The position numbers and the translations under genes are program-made. Below the pieces are notes generated by a model. The model was not told the origin of the DNA. It was given only the letters and a program-made list of their open reading frames with translations, and made no database searches. Below are positions 63,092-64,000 of a DNA stretch of 64,000 nucleotides, in pieces; the first letter of the stretch is position 1, and every line of letters begins with the position of its first letter. Source of the DNA: an uncultured Acidobacteriota bacterium (lineage in GTDB: Bacteria > Acidobacteriota > Terriglobia > UBA7540); contig CAWDSK010000006.1 of assembly GCA_963804995.1 (NCBI GenBank), forward strand, positions 32,001 to 96,000, given 5' to 3'.

Positions 63092-64000
63092 TCAGGATTC
63101 ACGTTCCAGAATAAAGTCCGGGAGTGAGCGCAAGGCATCTTTGAAGGGTGAGTTCGGGTACCCTTCCAGGAACCCGCGGGCCTTGTCGGAAAAATCCTGA
63201 GCTTTCTCCCGCGCCGCTTGCAGGGTTCCGTAGCGCTCCACCAAATCCAGGATTTCAGAAAACCGCACAGACTGGAATCCACCCTCGTCCAGCACCAAGG
63301 AGACCTTGTGCGCCTCCTGCGGCGTGCATCTCTGCAAGAGATAAATCAAAGGCAACGTCAGCTTCCCTTCCCGGAGGTCGTTGCCCGTAGGCTTGCCCAG
63401 CACTTCCTCCGAGGAGGTAAAGTCCAGAACGTCGTCAATCATCTGGAAAGCCAGGCCCAGGTTGATCCCGTAGAGGCCCAGTTGCGTCTCTTCCTGCTCA
63501 TTCTTACCGCCCAGCAGCGCACCCAGGCGCAGGCAGGCCGAAAACAGGCAAGCAGTTTTGCGATAGGCCAGCTCCAGGTAATCTTCCTCGGTCACGGTCA
63601 GCTTGCGCAGGCAAGTCAGTTGGAGCAACTCACCTTCCACCATGACTTGCGTAAGCCGAATCAGGACGTCCAGGATGCGGAAGTTCCGCTCCGTCAGGGC
63701 AATGTTGAAGGCCTGCATGTAGAGCCAATCGCCCGCCAGCACGCTCATGTGATTGCCCCAGCGGGAGTTGGTGGAGGGGCGCCCACGGCGGGTGTCGGCC
63801 TGATCGATCACGTCATCGTGAACCAGAGTGGCGGTGTGCAGCATTTCCACGACCGCGCCCAAACGGATGGCCGCATCGCCCTCATATCCGCACATCTTGG
63901 AGGCCAGCAGAACCAGGGCCGGGCGCAGCCGTTTTCCGCCGCCCTCTTGCAGGTACAGGCCGATCTCCGTAATGGGACGGATGCCGCAGGAGGTCTGCAA
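63092..64000 (-). CDS. Polyprenyl diphosphate synthase (5' end outside the window)
   Basis: GGKRLRP, HDDVID, RRGR, KTA, FQMIDDVLD, DLREGK. Confidence 0.92.
   Translation of the reverse strand: MQTSCGIRPITEIGLYLQEGGGKRLRPALVLLASKMCGYEGDAAIRLGAVVEMLHTATLVHDDVIDQADTRRGRPSTNSRWGNHMSVLAGDWLYMQAFNIALTERNFRILDVLIRLTQVMVEGELLQLTCLRKLTVTEEDYLELAYRKTACLFSACLRLGALLGGKNEQEETQLGLYGINLGLAFQMIDDVLDFTSSEEVLGKPTGNDLREGKLTLPLIYLLQRCTPQEAHKVSLVLDEGGFQSVRFSEILDLVERYGTLQAAREKAQDFSDKARGFLEGYPNSPFKDALRSLPDFILERES

Overview
Bacterial chromosome segment, probably Acidobacteriota (inferred from gene content, hopanoid genes and repeat families). It has two parts. (1) About 1-23,364 is an accessory, island-like region ending at the 3' end of tRNA-Glu(CTC). 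It carries a Druantia-like anti-phage locus: a DEAH helicase running off the left edge, two large unknown ORFs, a DruA/DUF4338-type gene, and a closely coupled GHKL/MORC-type ATPase whose promoter contains a palindromic operator. It also carries IS and gene remnants, an NO-stress module (qNor, radical SAM/SPASM, ScdA_N-like protein, truncated NnrS-like gene) with three shared Crp/Fnr-type boxes, a SagB-type oxidoreductase and selO. (2) About 23.4-64 kb is mostly housekeeping: tldDE, ahcY, metK, prfB with its programmed frameshift, lnt, SPOR, SPFH/NfeD, TPR proteins, a class A PBP, proS, an ars operon, BON, rpiB, glyA, hpnCDE, a lactonase, two tatA genes, CYTH and a polyprenyl synthase. Scattered through it are a HEPN-motif orphan gene, stacked CTAG-targeting MITEs, REP-like and heptamer repeats, and a decayed toxin-antitoxin pair. 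All family calls come from motif recognition by eye; no database searches were run.
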